Of a DNA stretch of 55,607 bases, positions 9,552 through 19,192 are shown one piece after another (position 1 is the stretch's first letter; each line of letters begins with the position of its first letter). The notes under the pieces are model-generated. The model was not told the origin of the DNA and did not search any database. It saw nothing but the letters and a program-made list of their open reading frames with translations. The translations under genes were made by a program, and so were the position numbers. The DNA comes from Craspedostauros australis (lineage: Eukaryota). Location: the NCBI GenBank assembly GCA_030167865.1, contig JALAGF010001348.1, positions 1 to 55,607 on the forward strand, given 5' to 3'.

Positions 9552-11066
9552 ATGTCGTTTCACCGCCGCGTCGTCGTGACAGGCATCGGTGCCATCACTC
9601 CGCTCGGACCAACGTTCGAACACTCCTGGAAGTCCCTGCTGGCGAGCGAATCGGGTATCACGACGCTGCGCGAGGCCCTGCTGCACCAGCACGGCAACGA
9701 TCCCAGCAGCGAAGCGTTTCAGAAAGATTGGGAATACGCTCGGTCTCTCCCATGCCAAGTGGCGGCGTCCGTGCCGAATGTGAAATGCCGCGATACCAAG
9801 ACGCCTCGGTTTGTGGAGCTGGCACTGCGTGCGGCAGATGGGGCGATGGATGCGTCACGGTTGAAGGAATGGTTGGCAGCGGACGACGATGACGACGACG
9901 ATGATAATGTGCGCAAGGATGATGCTGTGTTGAAGAAAGATCGCGTCGGTGTTTGCATCGGATCGGGCATGTCCAGCGTACGCGAGGTGGTGGACACGTA
10001 CCGGACACTGGAAACGAGAGGGTACAGAAGACTGTCGCCTCATTTCGTCCCGAAGGTGCTCACCAATTCGGCAGCTGGGCGGGTCTCCATCGAACACGGA
10101 TTGCGGGGGCCCAATCATGCCGTGTCCACGGCGTGCGCCGCTGGATCGCATGCGATCGGCGACGCCATGAGATGCATCCAATACAACAATGCCGACATCA
10201 TGTTGGCGGGGGGAGCCGAATCCTGCATCGATCCGCTGAGCATTGCTGGGTTCTGTCGGCTGCGCGCCTTATCCACCAGGTATCAGCCTACGAGTAGCGA
10301 GGGTGACGCAAGATCGGCATGGTTGCCGCAGCAGTCATCGCGGCCGTTCGATGGCCAACGTGATGGATTTGTGATGGGAGAAGGTGCTGCAGTGTTGGTG
10401 CTGGAGGAATACGAGCATGCGTTGCGACGCGATGCGCCCATACTGGCAGAGATCTGCGGGTATGGGTTGACGGGCGATGCCTTCCACAGCACAGCGCCGG
10501 ATGAGAATGGCAGCGGCGCACAACGTGCCATGCGAATGGCATTGGAACAGGCCAAAGAAGGGCTGCAAAGGAATGAAAGCACTGGTGGTCACACTCCTGG
10601 GGCTGCGGTCCGCAGCGATGGCGGTTTCACGAGCAACATTGCGTTGCATGTTGGATACGTCAATGCACATGCAACGTCCACGCCCAAAGGTGATGACATC
10701 GAGGCCAGGGTCATCCAGTCCGTGCTTCAGAGCAGTCTGGAGCAGTCATCATCGGCAACATCTTCATCAACATCGACGTCGACATTAACGTCAACGGGAT
10801 TCACCCCTCACGTAAGCAGTACAAAGGGCGCCTCGGGACATCTGCTGGGAGCAGCAGGTGCGTTGGAAGCAGCGTTCACAGTGCAGAGCCTCGTCGATCA
10901 AATGATACCGCCGACGTTGAATCTGGACGAGCCGCCACCGCAGGATGAATATTTCTTCCGTTTGAACTCGGAGCCAACGCCGACCAATGGCGATCTTGAG
11001 ACAGCGATCAACAACAGCTTCGGGTTCGGCGGCACGAACGCTTCGCTTGTCTTTCGGAGGGTATGA
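9552..11066 (+). CDS. fabF: 3-oxoacyl-[ACP] synthase II (FabF/KASII family, probably the mitochondrial OXSM type)
   Basis: RRVVVTGIGAITPLG N-terminus, catalytic Cys in STACAAGSHAIG, SRPFDxxRDGFVMGEG, His in YVNAHATST and KGASGHLLGAAG, and C-terminal NSFGFGGTNASL. The start is uncertain because the ORF is open from 9306/9309. Confidence 0.95.
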   Translation: MSFHRRVVVTGIGAITPLGPTFEHSWKSLLASESGITTLREALLHQHGNDPSSEAFQKDWEYARSLPCQVAASVPNVKCRDTKTPRFVELALRAADGAMDASRLKEWLAADDDDDDDDNVRKDDAVLKKDRVGVCIGSGMSSVREVVDTYRTLETRGYRRLSPHFVPKVLTNSAAGRVSIEHGLRGPNHAVSTACAAGSHAIGDAMRCIQYNNADIMLAGGAESCIDPLSIAGFCRLRALSTRYQPTSSEGDARSAWLPQQSSRPFDGQRDGFVMGEGAAVLVLEEYEHALRRDAPILAEICGYGLTGDAFHSTAPDENGSGAQRAMRMALEQAKEGLQRNESTGGHTPGAAVRSDGGFTSNIALHVGYVNAHATSTPKGDDIEARVIQSVLQSSLEQSSSATSSSTSTSTLTSTGFTPHVSSTKGASGHLLGAAGALEAAFTVQSLVDQMIPPTLNLDEPPPQDEYFFRLNSEPTPTNGDLETAINNSFGFGGTNASLVFRRV

Positions 11067-13730
11067 TGGGCGCTGAGCAAGATTCTATGCGCTGGAGTCC
11101 TTGGGTAGTGCATGGTATTATTACCATGCGAGTACTTTATCGTCCTCTGGAGCACTCCTCGTACTAATATTTGTAGGAGCTATGGATGGCGCTCTTCTTC
11201 CGAGTATCGGTGCCTTTCCTGTCGGCGTATTGATACATTGATAGAGAGTCGACCGCTGTGGGTATAGAAGTATGGTACATTGCGTATAGTACATGCATAG
11301 ATCGTACTCTACGTAGGGAGAGATCCAATGGAGTGCTTCCTGATAGAGACTCAGACGAGCATCCACAAGAAGGACTGAGAGCGCGAAACACAGGGAGGCA
11401 TCAAGTCGCTCATCTTGACGAAGGTGTCCTCCTCAGGAGGAGAGATGATGGAGAAAGTCACATCTCCGTACCATAATACTATACATAGTAGTAGCTCGTA
11501 CATGCTCCACTCTATGCTATGTGCTGCGGTGTGCCGTGCGACCGCATGTAATAGAGGACACAGGGTACCTACCATGATGGCAATACGATCTCTTGCTCTT
11601 CGCCCATGTGTGCTCGTGGCGATGACGACGACGACGATGGCAGTTCTGCTCCCCAGTAAAATGGAAGAACGAGAGGACGTGTTATCCCGTGCTGTGTTTC
11701 GAAGAGAGGCGATACGATCGTCGTTGCTCACATTTTGGAAATTTGCTCCCGGCAAGAGTCGCAGAAAGAGGCTTCTTTGATCATGGTGCGTGTTCGGATA
11801 CCTTCCCAATTTGACGGGTTCTTGTGAGTCATGGTTGAGGCGCTTCCGTTTGCTTCACCATGTGTGTCACACAGGCTGGCTGACGATGGGATTCACATGG
11901 GAAACAATCGAGCCCGACAATTTTCATGCGGATCATTCCGTTCATAGCACGCCACTCGTGCGGGGAAGGTTCGTGAGTTGTATATCGGATAACAGTGGAC
12001 GGATGTCGACCAATGCCGGGAAATTTAAATCTTGGCCGAATTTTACTTAAGAGACGCCACTGTTTTGCGCAGAGCAGTTTTTTCGGGTTGCGCGAGTTGC
12101 GTTGCGGCACTCTCATTGGTTTGTTGCGGGTGTTTGTTGGTTGTGGCGTTTGGTGGGTGATGTTTTTGCGGTCGGAGACATTTGCTGTTGCGTTCTTGTG
12201 TCTTGTCTTGGGTTTGGCTGCTCTTCTTCTTGCGATCTTTCTCTTGTGTTGTTCCTTGTCGCTGCCGCTGCTGTCGCTGTTGTTGCTGCTGTCGCAGGTG
12301 GTGGTTGTGATGGAAGGTGAAGAAGACGATGATGATGGGACATCTTGACATGGCGCCTTCTTTTCCGGAGAGTGACTGAAGCAGATAGCAAAGAGCTGCC
12401 GGCAAACAGAGTGGGAGAATCCCAATGCAAAACGACTGGAGAGATCGGAAGCAAAACCAACACCACAAAACCATACAGAGTCCAGGTGTGGACGGAGGTT
12501 GCCAATTCGGTTTCATTGGCGCCAACTCGAGCATCCGTTCGTGCGAAGGAGACGGAGATACCACCACCATTGCGGATTGCCCCCATCCCAGCACTTCAAT
12601 CGTTCATCATCCTCGTAACTGGAGAGCCAAGGAGGAGCCATCTGCCGCCCGCGTTTGACTCGTGAAATCTGAAGATCCTGAGGCGACGCAAACAGCTCGG
12701 AGGGGAGACGCAGAAAGACGGGACGAGGCAGCATACCAGACTCGTATCAGCGCACTGCTTCACTTCGCTTCGCGGCAATCTGTTCGTATCGAATCGAGCC
12801 ATCATCCCCGTGTACAGGACAGTGGAGGGGAGGGTCAGGTGACGATTACGATTACGAGTACGAGTACGAGTGCGAGTGCGACCAGGAAAGGGCACGGATA
12901 CTGACATCAACACCATCTATCGCCGTCGACATCGCTGTCACCATCACCGTGTTGGTCTGCCATCACTGTGATCTCTTGTTGAGCAGAGTAGAGCGGAGTA
13001 TTCGACTCCATTCTTCGTTGTCCCTGTTGTGGCCAGTCTCGCCATCATCGGTATTTTGAAAGAGTGCGCATCCGATACGAATCAGTACTTAGGCAGCAAC
13101 TCGTGTGGGTGACAGCACAAGCAACGGCACAAGCAACAGCACAAGGACTGCATAGTAGTACCACAACAACACGAGAACGAGCACTCCTCGGAGGCAACGA
13201 CCGCGCACCGATTTGAACAAGCAGCACGATCGTGACATTTTCGCCAAACGCTGTGAGCGAAAAGAGGTTGGTTGGTTTCGACAGACCGCGCCAAGACAGA
13301 GCACGCACAGAGCAAAGCGAAACAGACAAGACACGATCAGCAAGAAACGACGCACGACAGCGCAGGACAGAGCAAGCAAGAACGACACAAAACACGCACA
13401 GACATCACACACATAAAACCGGACAAGCGCACATCAGCTTTTGCCATTCGTCTCGGCGCTTTGCTCGGAAGCAAAAACTGCGGATAACATCAACCAAGAC
13501 GCGCAGCTCTCTTCTTGCTCGCACTTGCGGCTCGCACTTGCGGCTTGTGGCTTGTCGGTCCCTACTCACAGCTTTCTCCAGGAGAAGAGGCAGATCCGAG
13601 TCCACCGCATTCATTGCATTCATAACTTTTACGACAGGCGCAGCAACATAGCTCCCAGCTACTACTATATATCGCCACTACCAGCTACCACCAGCTATTA
13701 TACACAGCTACCACGGATAGAGACAGAACC

Positions 13731-16700
13731 ATGAAGCTCCACGGGTTGGCGAACGCAGCAATGCTGGCCGTGCCCATGCTCCTCGCATGGCTGAGCACGA
13801 CCGGAGCAACAGTGCCTGCGCTGTCGGCGCGAGACATGTTCCTGACGCTCGAGCAGATGGGACCGGAGGGCGCCGTCAACACGACTTTGTGCTACGCTTC
13901 CATCGCAGCAGCAGACGATGACGGCAGCATGCAGATCGAGCTCGACGAGTACATCGGCTTCATGAAGAGCCTCTCGGAGGACGACACCTTCCTGGCTGGC
14001 GTCGACGAGCTGTCGGACCTGCCCTTCACGCAGACGCTGGGCTTCGTGTCCAACTTCAACCTCCTGTCCTGCTTGTGCGAGAACAACATCACCACCTCCT
14101 GCTGCAGCGAGAGCAACGACCGCGGCATCTCCATCGCAGGAGCAGGATCGGGCGAGGAACCCACGCCGGAGCAGGAGGAATACCTCGGCATTGCCTGCCG
14201 GTTCACCACCATCGCCATCGAGAACTTCCTGTCCAGCTTCCCACCCACGGAACCGCCCACCGCGGCCACGTTCGCTCCGACGGTGTCGCCAACCGCGTCC
14301 CCAACGGCAAGGCCGACGGAGGACACCAGCACGCAATCTCCCACGAGCCGCCCGACAGCAGCGCCAACCGGGGCCCCGACGACGAGTTCACCCACCAGTG
14401 CGCCAACCGTCAAGCTGTCATCACAACCAACGGGCGTCCCGACTGCCAATCCCACAGATGCTCCCACCATAGTGCAAAGCATGGAGCCAACGGGTTCACC
14501 CACATCGGCCCCGACGGGTGTGCCATCGTCAACGCCGACCTCGGTCCCCTCCAGCACGCCATCGTCAAACCCAACTCCCGAGCCGACGACTTCTGCGCCG
14601 ACGAGCCCCACAGACACGCTGGAACCGACTCCGTTGGCTTCCGAGACGCCGACTGCCTTGCCGACGGTCACCACTGCAGCGCCGACATCCGCTCCGACCG
14701 CGGGTCCAACTGATATGCCCAGCATCATGCCGACCACATCATCCCCAACATCGGGCCCCACGCCAATGGGCTCAAGCGCTCCATCTGCGTCCCCAACCAG
14801 CGCTCCAACCCAGCAGCCGTCGGCTTCGCCCACCAGCGTGCCAACCGCATCGCCATCGTCATCGTCGGCCCCTTCGTTCGCTGGCCAAACCAGAGCTCCG
14901 ACGACCTCACCTTCCGTCAGCCCGACGGCAGTCCCATCAACTTCACCTTCGGCCGCAGCACAGGTGACTAGCTCGCCTACGTTGGCACCAACCGACGGTC
15001 CCTTGGTCACCACCGTTGAAGCCTCGGCGGACTACCAGATCGGTGTCGTCGATGGAGCATCGGGCAACGTCGACCCCAGCACGTACAACCAGGACCTCAT
15101 CACCACCATGGACCGTCTTTCCGCACAGGTGCTCAGCGACCTTGACTTCAACCGCAGACTGCGACGTCTTGCCGCCGGACGCAGACTGCAATCGGTCAAT
15201 GTTCCAACCGGAGATCCAGTCTACACCGACACTGGTAAGCTATGTCTGTGCATTGCAACTGTCTTGCACAAATACATTTTCTCGTGTCATATAATACGTA
15301 CCATAGAGTACTCACGCACGGAGCAAATCGAACCAAACTCACACAATCTCCTCCTTCCTTTATCCGCTTCACAACATCATATTCTACTCCACTCTGGTGG
15401 TGTTAAATCGCGCTATCCTATTCTGCTTTGCATCGGCGAATCTGCAGAATGCCCAGACGACGTCAATAGCTCCTTCCTTTGCCGCAACGTCACGGCTCCC
15501 ATGATCCTCACCTTTAACGAAGGCGAGACTTCCAACCCGGAGCAATCGGGACAAGAGTTCGAAGTCGCCCTCCTTGCCGCCATCAACAGCGGAGAGATGC
15601 AGAACACCCTGGACGGTGTCAACGCCAACTCCAACATCGTCATCCTCAACGGCCGGGACGATCGTATTCTAGCGGGTGGAGGTAGTAGTAATACCATTGG
15701 CGGCGGAGCTGTTGCCGGTATCGTCGTTGGATCTGTAGTGTTCCTTGGCATAATCTTGCTGCTTCTCACCAGGCGACGAGGCGACGATGAGGAAGCAGAC
15801 AAGCCAGCCTACGAGCTGGAGCCAGCCCCACAGGGCGTGTCCATTGACGATGAAGAATCCATGGCGACATCTCCAACCAGATCCATAGCCGCTCCACAGC
15901 AACAGCAGCGTTCGTCGCCAGGTGTTCTGGGAGCAGGAACGCCGAACTACGGACAGATCCCCGCCAAGCGTCCCGATGACGCGCAGCAACTCAGCAAGGT
16001 GGATCCGCGCATGACCGAGCCGCAGGACGACCACGACTCCTCTTCCAACGCGGGATCTTCCGGTTGGTCCAGCAGTGCGGGAGTGTCATCGCTCAACACG
16101 GGCAGCGCGGATGGATTGGGCTTCGATGACGACTCGGTCGGAATCGCGGGCGCCACATCCCTCGCCGCCATCGGTGCCGCCTCGTATCAGAAGAACGCAC
16201 TCGATACCGAAACATCGCAACCATCACAGGGCTCTGTCACGAGAACCGATCTGGATTCCGCCATCGAGGCTGGTGATTGGGCCGCCGTCGGAGCCACCGC
16301 AGCAATCCTCGCGGCCGCCTCCGACTCGCAGTCGTATTCGTCACAGTCGGGCGCACTGTCCGGAGGTGCCTCATTATCACAGAGCGGGACATCCTACAGC
16401 TCGCTCGACGCGGCAAGAGCCGCCGAACTCGATCACTTGGTGGATGCCGGTGACTGGGAGGGAGTCGTCCTCGCGGCTGCGAAATACGAGGCGGCGGAGG
16501 GATCCACGAGCGCTGCCTCGCAATCGCAATCGGTCGTCAGCGGAAGCGAACGATCATCTGAATCTGGCACAGGCGAGTCCGGAACCTACCGATCAGCGTC
16601 AGTCTCCGGATCCATGGGATCCACACCATCGAAGGCACTGCGTCGTCAGGAGCTCAAGGCGCAAGTGGAGGAGCTTGTTCTCCGCGTGGTGCCTGAGGAG

Positions 16701-17672
16701 ATCAACAACGTTGACGAGATGATGCTCCAGTTCCGCGGTCGCGAAGAAGAGCTCGTCGAGACCCTGCGGACGATGCAGGAGCGTGCCGTGGCGCAGAAAG
16801 CCCGGCAAACATCGCAGCGGGCCGCCAAGGCCGAGGCCAAGAAGCAGGTGAAGGCCGCGCGTGCCGCTCCCAGCGTCAGTGGCGCCGCAGAAGTCTTGTC
16901 GTTGGGAGCAGCCGCAACCACGGCTCTTGCCTCACAATCGCGGGCCTTGGATATGGGCGGTGGCCGTGATGGTTCGGAGCGATCGAGCAACGACTCCTCA
17001 GAATCGTCAAAGGGGGCGGGCCAATTCCCCAACGTCTCGTCACGAAGTCTGGGAACCGGACAGGTCGCCCGCCCACCTGTGAGGAGCAGCGCCGTGGATG
17101 AGAGGGAGCGCAGGCAGTCTGCTCTCGAGAGGGCCATCGAGGACGGTGATTGGGAGGCCGTGTCAGAAGCAGCCGCGCTGATGAGCGAGGGCAGCGTGAC
17201 ATCTGCCGACACGGATGAGATCAACCGCCTGGCCTCTGGCGTGATGTCCGATGCCAGCTCGGCCGGCACGAGCAAGGGAGGAAATTCAGAACGCGCCGCG
17301 GAGCTGGACGAGCTGATCGACAAGGGCGACTGGACCGGCGTTGTCGCCGCAGCATCTCGGTATTCCTCCACCGACGTTGCGGATGGCAAGACCTCGGCAG
17401 AGGAGATAGAAGAGCGAAGACAACGGCGCATGAAACGCATGCAGGAGGAGGAGGATGCGCTGAAGCAGGCGGAGATTTGGATGGCCATCGCCGAGCAGTC
17501 CAAGCAGGATTCGGAGCAGGAAGCCAAGGGCGCCAGCGAGGCGGCCGATTGGGCCATCGCTCGCAGTTTGAGTCTGCTCGTGGAGCAGGAACAGAGCGGC
17601 GCCATGTTGGACACCGACGACGACGACCAGAAACCACCCGGAACGAATGACAGCGATCAGGAGGAAGTCTAG
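13731..17672 (+). CDS. Type I single-pass membrane mucin-like protein (~1242 aa; exons 13731-15234 and 15448-17672) with four cytosolic GDW repeats
   Basis: Signal peptide; Cys-containing N-domain with an EF-hand-like loop DDDGSMQIELDE; ~250-aa PTxxPT stalk; RRLRRL..RRLQ motifs; TM VAGIVVGSVVFLGIILLLL followed by TRRR; long cytosolic tail. Intron G|gtaagc...ctgcag|AA rejoins as T-E-C-P. Confidence 0.9.
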   Translation: MKLHGLANAAMLAVPMLLAWLSTTGATVPALSARDMFLTLEQMGPEGAVNTTLCYASIAAADDDGSMQIELDEYIGFMKSLSEDDTFLAGVDELSDLPFTQTLGFVSNFNLLSCLCENNITTSCCSESNDRGISIAGAGSGEEPTPEQEEYLGIACRFTTIAIENFLSSFPPTEPPTAATFAPTVSPTASPTARPTEDTSTQSPTSRPTAAPTGAPTTSSPTSAPTVKLSSQPTGVPTANPTDAPTIVQSMEPTGSPTSAPTGVPSSTPTSVPSSTPSSNPTPEPTTSAPTSPTDTLEPTPLASETPTALPTVTTAAPTSAPTAGPTDMPSIMPTTSSPTSGPTPMGSSAPSASPTSAPTQQPSASPTSVPTASPSSSSAPSFAGQTRAPTTSPSVSPTAVPSTSPSAAAQVTSSPTLAPTDGPLVTTVEASADYQIGVVDGASGNVDPSTYNQDLITTMDRLSAQVLSDLDFNRRLRRLAAGRRLQSVNVPTGDPVYTDTGKLCLCIATVLHKYIFSCHIIRTIEYSRTEQIEPNSHNLLLPLSASQHHILLHSGGVKSRYPILLCIGESAECPDDVNSSFLCRNVTAPMILTFNEGETSNPEQSGQEFEVALLAAINSGEMQNTLDGVNANSNIVILNGRDDRILAGGGSSNTIGGGAVAGIVVGSVVFLGIILLLLTRRRGDDEEADKPAYELEPAPQGVSIDDEESMATSPTRSIAAPQQQQRSSPGVLGAGTPNYGQIPAKRPDDAQQLSKVDPRMTEPQDDHDSSSNAGSSGWSSSAGVSSLNTGSADGLGFDDDSVGIAGATSLAAIGAASYQKNALDTETSQPSQGSVTRTDLDSAIEAGDWAAVGATAAILAAASDSQSYSSQSGALSGGASLSQSGTSYSSLDAARAAELDHLVDAGDWEGVVLAAAKYEAAEGSTSAASQSQSVVSGSERSSESGTGESGTYRSASVSGSMGSTPSKALRRQELKAQVEELVLRVVPEEINNVDEMMLQFRGREEELVETLRTMQERAVAQKARQTSQRAAKAEAKKQVKAARAAPSVSGAAEVLSLGAAATTALASQSRALDMGGGRDGSERSSNDSSESSKGAGQFPNVSSRSLGTGQVARPPVRSSAVDERERRQSALERAIEDGDWEAVSEAAALMSEGSVTSADTDEINRLASGVMSDASSAGTSKGGNSERAAELDELIDKGDWTGVVAAASRYSSTDVADGKTSAEEIEERRQRRMKRMQEEEDALKQAEIWMAIAEQSKQDSEQEAKGASEAADWAIARSLSLLVEQEQSGAMLDTDDDDQKPPGTNDSDQEEV
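15235..15447 (+). other. GT-AG intron, 213 nt (3n, no in-frame stop)
   Basis: Donor gtaagc, acceptor tctgcag. The interior is more AT-rich than the flanking exons and its translation is atypical. Confidence 0.85.
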
Positions 17673-19109
17673 AGATGAACGACGACGATGAATGGATCAA
17701 TAGAGCAAGAGAAAGAGAGATGCGAGTCTAAATGGATGGATGGATGAATGAATGTTTAAATGGAATGCATGAGCATATTGATGATGACGTCCATCTCCCG
17801 AGCCCCTACTAGTTGTATTTCTGTGGGGAAACTATAGTCATGCGTACGGCTATGTATGTTACGTCATCATCGAGCTGTAGTGAACTTGTCGTAGGTATTA
17901 TATCACATACTATTATCATACTCGCAGCTCGAAAGCAAGTGATAGGAAGAGAGTGTGGGCAACCAACTGATGTGGTGATCTTGTCATCCTCTCCCGAGAG
18001 AGAGAGAGCGAGAGAGCATTTGACTTGATTCGAACCTAGATTGGGTGCAGAGAAAGCAGCGTGTAGCTCTCTGGGGAGGCTCGGAGAATCTGCTTCCGGA
18101 GTCCATAGTTGCCATCCCCAGTTTTGGAAGGTAGTGCGACCTATGGTGCTCTGCAGCACGTGAAGTTTAAATCGGGCGGAGGACATAGCTTGGCGCCATG
18201 TGGAGTTGTTGCAGTTACTTCTGCGGGTATGTAGCGGATGCGATCACTCTCTTCTTACTATTTGTATCATAGTCGCACCTTACAGGTCGCAGAGGAACTG
18301 CGTTGGAAGGGATTGACTTCGACCATGGCGGTTAGGGTCATCCATTGTTGTCCCGTTTGCTCTGGGCGCTCTCTCTCCCTCACAAGAATGGAGAAGAGTG
18401 CTATCGAACGAGCATAGAGATTGAAACGAAACGCAAGCACAACGAAGAAGACATCGTGAACAACACAGGAGAGTTCACTTGGTTGAGACTTGCAAAGGTC
18501 GCTTCATTGGTGACCTGAATTGTGTTCACAAGACACGTCTCCCTTTGAACGTGCAGAGCCGCCGTTGGCCGACTGTTACTCCCGTAAGCAAATTTCTTCA
18601 TCGAATTTCAATTGTCTTCATGTTCGTATACCTTATATAATCCAGCCAGTCGGATTTGTGGCAAAAAGTGAGGAGGGAAAACCCCAATTCGTCAGACACG
18701 CCGACGCGATGATGGCCAGCGAGCCGAGGTGGAACACTGGGAGGAAGCGCGAGTATTTGTGGGTGCGCTTCGCGGTTGGTGAGCGGAGTTGGGTATCGGA
18801 AGCAACCGGGATAAACAGTGGTGTGGCAGGAACATGCATGTGCAAGTGTGAGTGACAACACCAACATTAGAGCAATAATCATGGGCAGCAAGCAACAACC
18901 ATACTCGCAGCACACCCTCATCCAAAGGTGGATGTCAAAGGTTGCACCCGAATGGTACCATACCCGCAGCGTGCTCGTATAGTATCACACAGAGTCCCAT
19001 CATCCCCCGCAGTTGCACACATCCAACGGAAGCAGTGCGAACAACGAAGCCACAAGGTTGCATCCGACAATCCATAGCCAAGCAAGACACATCAAAGCAG
19101 ATCATAGTG

Positions 19110-19170
19110 TATCATAGCAACAGTATCATAGCAACAGTATCATAGCAACAGTAGCAGTAGCAGTAGCAAC
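19110..19170. repeat. 14-nt tandem repeat (TATCATAGCAACAG)x3 followed by (TAGCAG)n, just upstream of ATG 19193
   Basis: tatcatagcaacagtatcatagcaacagtatcatagcaacagtagcagtagcagtagcaac. Confidence 0.85.
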
Positions 19171-19192
19171 AATAATATAAACAACAACGACA

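Noticed and set aside
11067-13730. ORFs 11351-11809, 11829-12425, 11995-12348 and 12043-12594
   Set aside because: Low-complexity CAA/TTG-rich sequence is open in several frames at once, typical of intergenic/UTR DNA here. No domain was recognised.
18015-18100. GGTTCGAATC on the minus strand, resembling a tRNA T-loop / B-box
   Set aside because: The flanks do not form a T-stem, and no acceptor, D or anticodon arms could be built.
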